Positions 62,674 to 64,000 of a stretch of DNA of 64,000 nucleotides are shown here, piece by piece. The notes beneath the pieces are model-generated. The model was not told the DNA's origin. It was given only the letters and a program-made list of their open reading frames with translations, and made no database searches. The stretch's first letter is position 1, and every line of letters begins with the position of its first letter. The translations under genes and the position numbers were made by a program. Source of the DNA: Dehalococcoidia bacterium. GTDB lineage: Bacteria > Chloroflexota > Dehalococcoidia > SZUA-161 > SpSt-899. The stretch covers positions 13,118 through 77,117 of the forward strand of contig DAOTYO010000005.1 of NCBI GenBank assembly GCA_034434815.1, in the 5' to 3' direction.

Positions 62674-64000
62674 TGAAGAAAGGTTTAGTTCGTCTCAGTA
62701 TGCAAGCGCTTCTGGGGATGGGGCTCGCCGTCCTTCTGCTCGTGCCCACTCAGGCGCTGGCCGGAGACTGGCCCCAATTCCACGGGGATCCCCAGCACAC
62801 CGGGTATTCCGCCTCTCCCGCTCCCCACACCGCACACCTCCTCTGGGAGAGCCCCGAGATCGGTGCCGTGGATGCCTCCTCACTGGCGATCGCCGAAGGC
62901 AAGGTGTTCGTCAATTGCGGCACAAGTCTGGTATGCTTGGACGAGACATCGGGATCCGTCTTGTGGTCTCAGCCCATCGTCGGCGGAAACTCTTGGGGCT
63001 CCTGGGCAGGTCCAGCGTATGACGACGGCCGGGTATTCATCTCGGGAAGCATGGTCTATGCCTTCAATGCCGCCGATGGTGCTCCGCTCTGGACCTATGA
63101 TCTCCCTCACGATGCCTGCAACGGCGGCCCGCTGGCCGTGGCCGGCCGGGTGTACGCCAGCGATTGGGACGGCCATCATTACTACTGCCTCGATGCGGCC
63201 ACCGGGGCATTGCTGTGGTCATTCGATGTGGGCTCCGGTTACGCGCAGGGGGTGCCCGCTTTCTACGACGATGGCGCCGAAGGTAGAATTTTTCTCACGA
63301 GCTGGAGTTCGCCCGGCGGCCATGTTTGGTGCCTGAACGCCGCCACCGGCGACCTCATTTGGCATGGGGTAACCCCCCTCGATACCTGTGGCTCGCCCAC
63401 GATCGCCGAGGGCAAGGTATGGGTGACCACCTATAACTTCTCCGGTTTCGGAAGCCTTTTGGCCTTCGATATCAACGACCTCGGCGGCGATGGGATAGGC
63501 GATATCGTCTGGGGACCCATTTCCATCGAGAGGACGAATTCCACCCCCGCCTATTGGAACGGCAAGATCTACGTCTCCGGCGGATGCTATGGCTTCTCCA
63601 ACGAAGGGGAACGAACCTACTGCATCGACATCGCCACCGAGTCCATCCTCTGGCAAACGCCGGTCGAGTGGGGCGTGGGCAACTGGACATGCTCTGTAGC
63701 GGTCGCGGATGGACTCGTGTTTTCGGGGAAGCCCGCCCCGGGCGGTGCAATGGCCTTCGATTATGAGGCCATCTATGCCCTCGACGCCGTCACCGGCGCC
63801 GAGATTTGGCATTACGATCACGGCGGTGCCTCGCCCTCGGTCGCCAACGGCCGGGTATTCACCGTGGCCGAGGGGAAAATATGGGCTTTTCAGGATGCCA
63901 CTGCGCCCGCGTGGGATGTGAACGGAGACGGGAGCGTAAACGTGCTCGATATGGTTCAGGTGGGGCTCCACTTCGGGGAATCGGGCACGCCGGGATGGAT
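62674..64000 (+). CDS. secreted PQQ-like beta-propeller repeat protein with C-terminal dockerin-like repeat (3-prime partial at window end)
   Basis: Signal peptide MKKGLVRLSMQALLGMGLAVLLLVPTQALA; repeated G-x-V/L-x-A-x-D-x-x-T-G-x-x-x-W propeller blades (CLDETSGSVLW, AFNAADGAPLW, CLDAATGALLW, CLNAATGDLIW, ALDAVTGAEIW); DVNGDGSVNVLDMVQV dockerin-type Ca-binding repeat. The ORF runs off the window, so it is absent from the ORF track. Confidence 0.7.

Overview
This 64 kb window is a roughly 60% GC bacterial chromosomal segment. Bacterial ribosomal protein L28, an encoded-CCA tRNA-Thr, sigma70-like promoters and GGAGG ribosome-binding sites all point to a bacterium; the gene content suggests an anaerobic, possibly thermophilic, Chloroflexota-like lineage, but that is inference. 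Genes are densely packed and mostly housekeeping or metabolic. They include acetyltransferase, CoA-transferase, aminotransferase, LivK/LivGF ABC components, cobO, an archaeal-type FBP aldolase/phosphatase, rdgB, moaA, an RNase H-MoaC fusion, trxA, a polysaccharide-biosynthesis cluster, tRNA-Thr, metG, a polyprenyl synthetase, a 1517-aa multi-PAS hybrid histidine kinase, an MMPL transporter, aroQ, pepP, efp, argH, rpe, rpmB, and yloV/degV. There is also a Mo/W hydratase-like oxidoreductase + tungsten-type AOR + HdrB-like module, and a large anaerobe oxygen-detoxification island (FDP, rubrerythrin, three tandem rubredoxins, peroxiredoxin, YyaL, DJ-1). Many long ORFs in the six-frame track are antisense shadows of these genes and were rejected.

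The most unusual signal is a previously unrecognisable ~200-230 bp interspersed repeat, present in seven copies (four full-length, three truncated or deleted) in both orientations and always intergenic. Six of the seven sit co-directionally just upstream of a gene. Three copies end in a TTGAC -35 hexamer at the same spacing from the conserved GAATCGCT motif, and in the four full-length copies the termini can pair with each other (AGCGATT...AATCGCT), with a compensatory change in one copy. It looks like either a promoter-donating MITE or a structured cis-RNA family.

Other points worth a second look:
- A bacterial protein with a near-canonical archaellin / class-III signal-peptide N-terminus, with a putative FlaF/G-like partner.
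- A continuous RNase HI-MoaC fusion ORF.
- Two tandem ~27-aa glycine-zipper micro-ORFs and a duplicated CxxCGNEAD zinc-ribbon gene at the tail of the FDP operon.
- A canonical rubredoxin gene missed by the ORF track, next to a degenerate rubredoxin.
- A secreted BACON-like protein with a Met/Pro/Leu-rich tail.

No CRISPR arrays, transposases or rRNA genes were seen.
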